A DNA stretch of 64,000 nt from Spirochaetia bacterium (lineage in GTDB: Bacteria > Spirochaetota > Spirochaetia > WTKD01 > G963693115), in contig CBDCGX010000052.1 in NCBI GenBank assembly GCA_965216965.1, positions 35,195-99,194 on the forward strand, written 5' to 3'. Each line of letters begins with the position of its first letter. Positions within the stretch are counted from its first letter, which is position 1. Below, piece by piece: positions 62,539 through 64,000 of this stretch. The position numbers and the translations under genes were made by a program. The notes under the pieces were generated by a model. It saw only the letters and a list, made by a program, of their open reading frames with translations. It was not told where the DNA came from and ran no database searches.

Positions 62539-62648
62539 ACTTTTATACTACCATTTTTATACTTTCTATACATAATAAAAATCAAAATACAATACTCCAA
62601 CATAACATTAAAAATTGTTTATACGACAATTAGTGTTAGTTAAAAACC

Positions 62649-62845
62649 ATGATAATAATCAATATACTGGTGGTTTTTGTAACCCAATGTTTCAATATGC
62701 TTGTGGCTATGCACTCTCTCAAAAAAACAATGATATGTTAAAATTAGATACTACTTTATTATTCCTACACCAGTAATTAAGAATATAAACTCAAAGAATT
62801 TCGTATTGATTTTGTACTATTCCAAAAAATTGGTTTGAAAATTAA
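62649..62845 (+). pseudogene. Collapsed remnant of a GT11 fucosyltransferase
   Basis: Matches the 5' end of 62886-63752 (with a frameshift and substitutions) joined directly to its last codons (TTCCAAAAAATTGGTTTGAAAATTAA). Confidence 0.9.
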
Positions 62846-62885
62846 CAATTAATGTTTATAATTAAATAGGAAGCTACTTGAACTC

Positions 62886-63752
62886 ATGATAATAGTACAT
62901 ATATGCGGTGGTCTTGGTAACCAAATGTTTCAATATGCCTGTGGCTATGCACTCTCTCAAAAAAATAATGATACGTTAAAATTGGATACTACTTACTTTT
63001 GTTATAGTGATCTCCGAAAATATGAACTCAAAGAATTTCGTATTGATGTTCCTTTTGCTTCGGAGGAAGAAATTATAGAATTACAATATGAATATGAAAC
63101 TATTTTTGCTACAATTAAACGAAAAATAACCAGAAAAAAAAGAAAACTCTCACGCTATTACTACCAAGAACCTCATTTTCATTTTGATAAAAACATACAC
63201 ACTCTTTCGGGAAACATTTACTTAAAGGGATATTGGCAGTGTGAGAAATATTTTCTTGTATATAAACACGACCTTTTAACTCATTTTACTTTAAAAAACA
63301 AACTTTCCAAGAAAAGTGAAGAATATAAAAAAATCATACGCAGTACACAATCCATTAGTATTCATATAAGAAGAGGCGATTACGTAACCCTTTCCTCTGT
63401 TTACAAACAATATAATTTAAAATACTATAAAACCTCCATAACGCATATAGAATCAAAAATCAGAAATCCTCACTATTTTATTTTTAGCGATGATTTAGAA
63501 TGGACAAAAAAATACCTCAATTTTATAAAAAACAGTACCTTTATAGAGCTGGATACAACCACTCCTGATAGTGAAGAAATATATTTAATGAGTATATGCA
63601 AGCACAATATCACTGCTAACAGCACATTTAGCTGGTGGGGTGCATGGCTTAATCAGAATCCAAATAAAATAGTTATTGCTCCCCAAAAATGGTTTTGTGA
63701 CACTACTATAAATACAAAAGATATTATTCCAAAAAATTGGTTTAAAAATTAA
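62886..63752 (+). CDS. Alpha-1,2-fucosyltransferase (GT11)
   Basis: GGLGNQMFQYA, GYWQCEKYF, HIRRGDY, IFSDD, NSTFSWWGAWL, IAPQKWF. Confidence 0.93.
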   Translation: MIIVHICGGLGNQMFQYACGYALSQKNNDTLKLDTTYFCYSDLRKYELKEFRIDVPFASEEEIIELQYEYETIFATIKRKITRKKRKLSRYYYQEPHFHFDKNIHTLSGNIYLKGYWQCEKYFLVYKHDLLTHFTLKNKLSKKSEEYKKIIRSTQSISIHIRRGDYVTLSSVYKQYNLKYYKTSITHIESKIRNPHYFIFSDDLEWTKKYLNFIKNSTFIELDTTTPDSEEIYLMSICKHNITANSTFSWWGAWLNQNPNKIVIAPQKWFCDTTINTKDIIPKNWFKN

Positions 63753-63792
63753 TAATTAATGTTTATAATTAGATGAGGAACTACTTGAACTC

Positions 63793-64000
63793 ATGATAAT
63801 AGTACATATATGCGGTGGTCTTGGTAACCAAATGTTTCAATATGCCTGTGGCTATGCACTCTCTCAAAAAAATAATGATACGTTAAAATTAGATACTACT
63901 TACTTTTATTATAGTGATTACCGAAAATATGAACTCAAAGAATTTCGTATTGATGTTCCTTTTGCTTCGGAGGAAGAAATTATAGAATTACAATATGAAT
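63793..64000 (+). CDS. Second GT11 fucosyltransferase copy (partial, runs off window)
   Basis: Near-identical to the previous gene, 907 bp downstream; differs at YFYYSDYRKY versus YFCYSDLRKY. Confidence 0.9.
   Translation, partial: MIIVHICGGLGNQMFQYACGYALSQKNNDTLKLDTTYFYYSDYRKYELKEFRIDVPFASEEEIIELQYE

Noticed and set aside
63760-64000. Final GT11 copy as an exact assembly duplication
   Set aside because: It has several substitutions relative to the first copy in both coding and spacer sequence.

Overview
AT-rich (about 30% GC by eye) bacterial chromosomal window, densely coding. It is probably from a host-associated or marine spirochaete. That is an inference from a DUF2259-like gene, groES without groEL, spirochaete-style lipoprotein signals, archaeal-type AspRS and Cmk, and a + strand that looks C-rich. 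Contents: a ribose operon (rbsK-D-A-C, truncated by the window edge), scattered housekeeping and biosynthetic genes (epmA, aspS, aroB, aroD-aroE fusion, aroA, leuB, trpB2, pyrK/pyrD, pckA, murC, cmk, groES, fumC, ackA, mnmG), nrdAB with tandem NrdR boxes, a nucleoside-catabolism block (deoC-cdd-pdp), a surface-glycan cluster (uxs-gmd-fcl-ABC-GT2-GT4) and one tRNA-Ala(UGC). I see no IS, prophage, CRISPR array or rRNA. Most notable observations: (1) NrdB has the Glu and Phe substitutions diagnostic of Chlamydia-type class Ic (Mn/Fe, tyrosyl-radical-free) ribonucleotide reductase. (2) A tandem array of non-identical GT11 alpha-1,2-fucosyltransferase genes with a 907-bp period and one collapsed copy runs off the window end. 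(3) A membrane adenylate cyclase is preceded by an intact paralog that lacks the catalytic domain. (4) A glycosyltransferase is split by one extra A in an A7 run. (5) A decayed GH25 lysozyme lipoprotein plus an intact LD-carboxypeptidase is followed by a 51-bp perfect palindrome. (6) Many genes have a -10 box 6-8 nt before ATG and no Shine-Dalgarno, suggesting leaderless mRNAs. All family calls come from motif recognition by eye; no database search was run.
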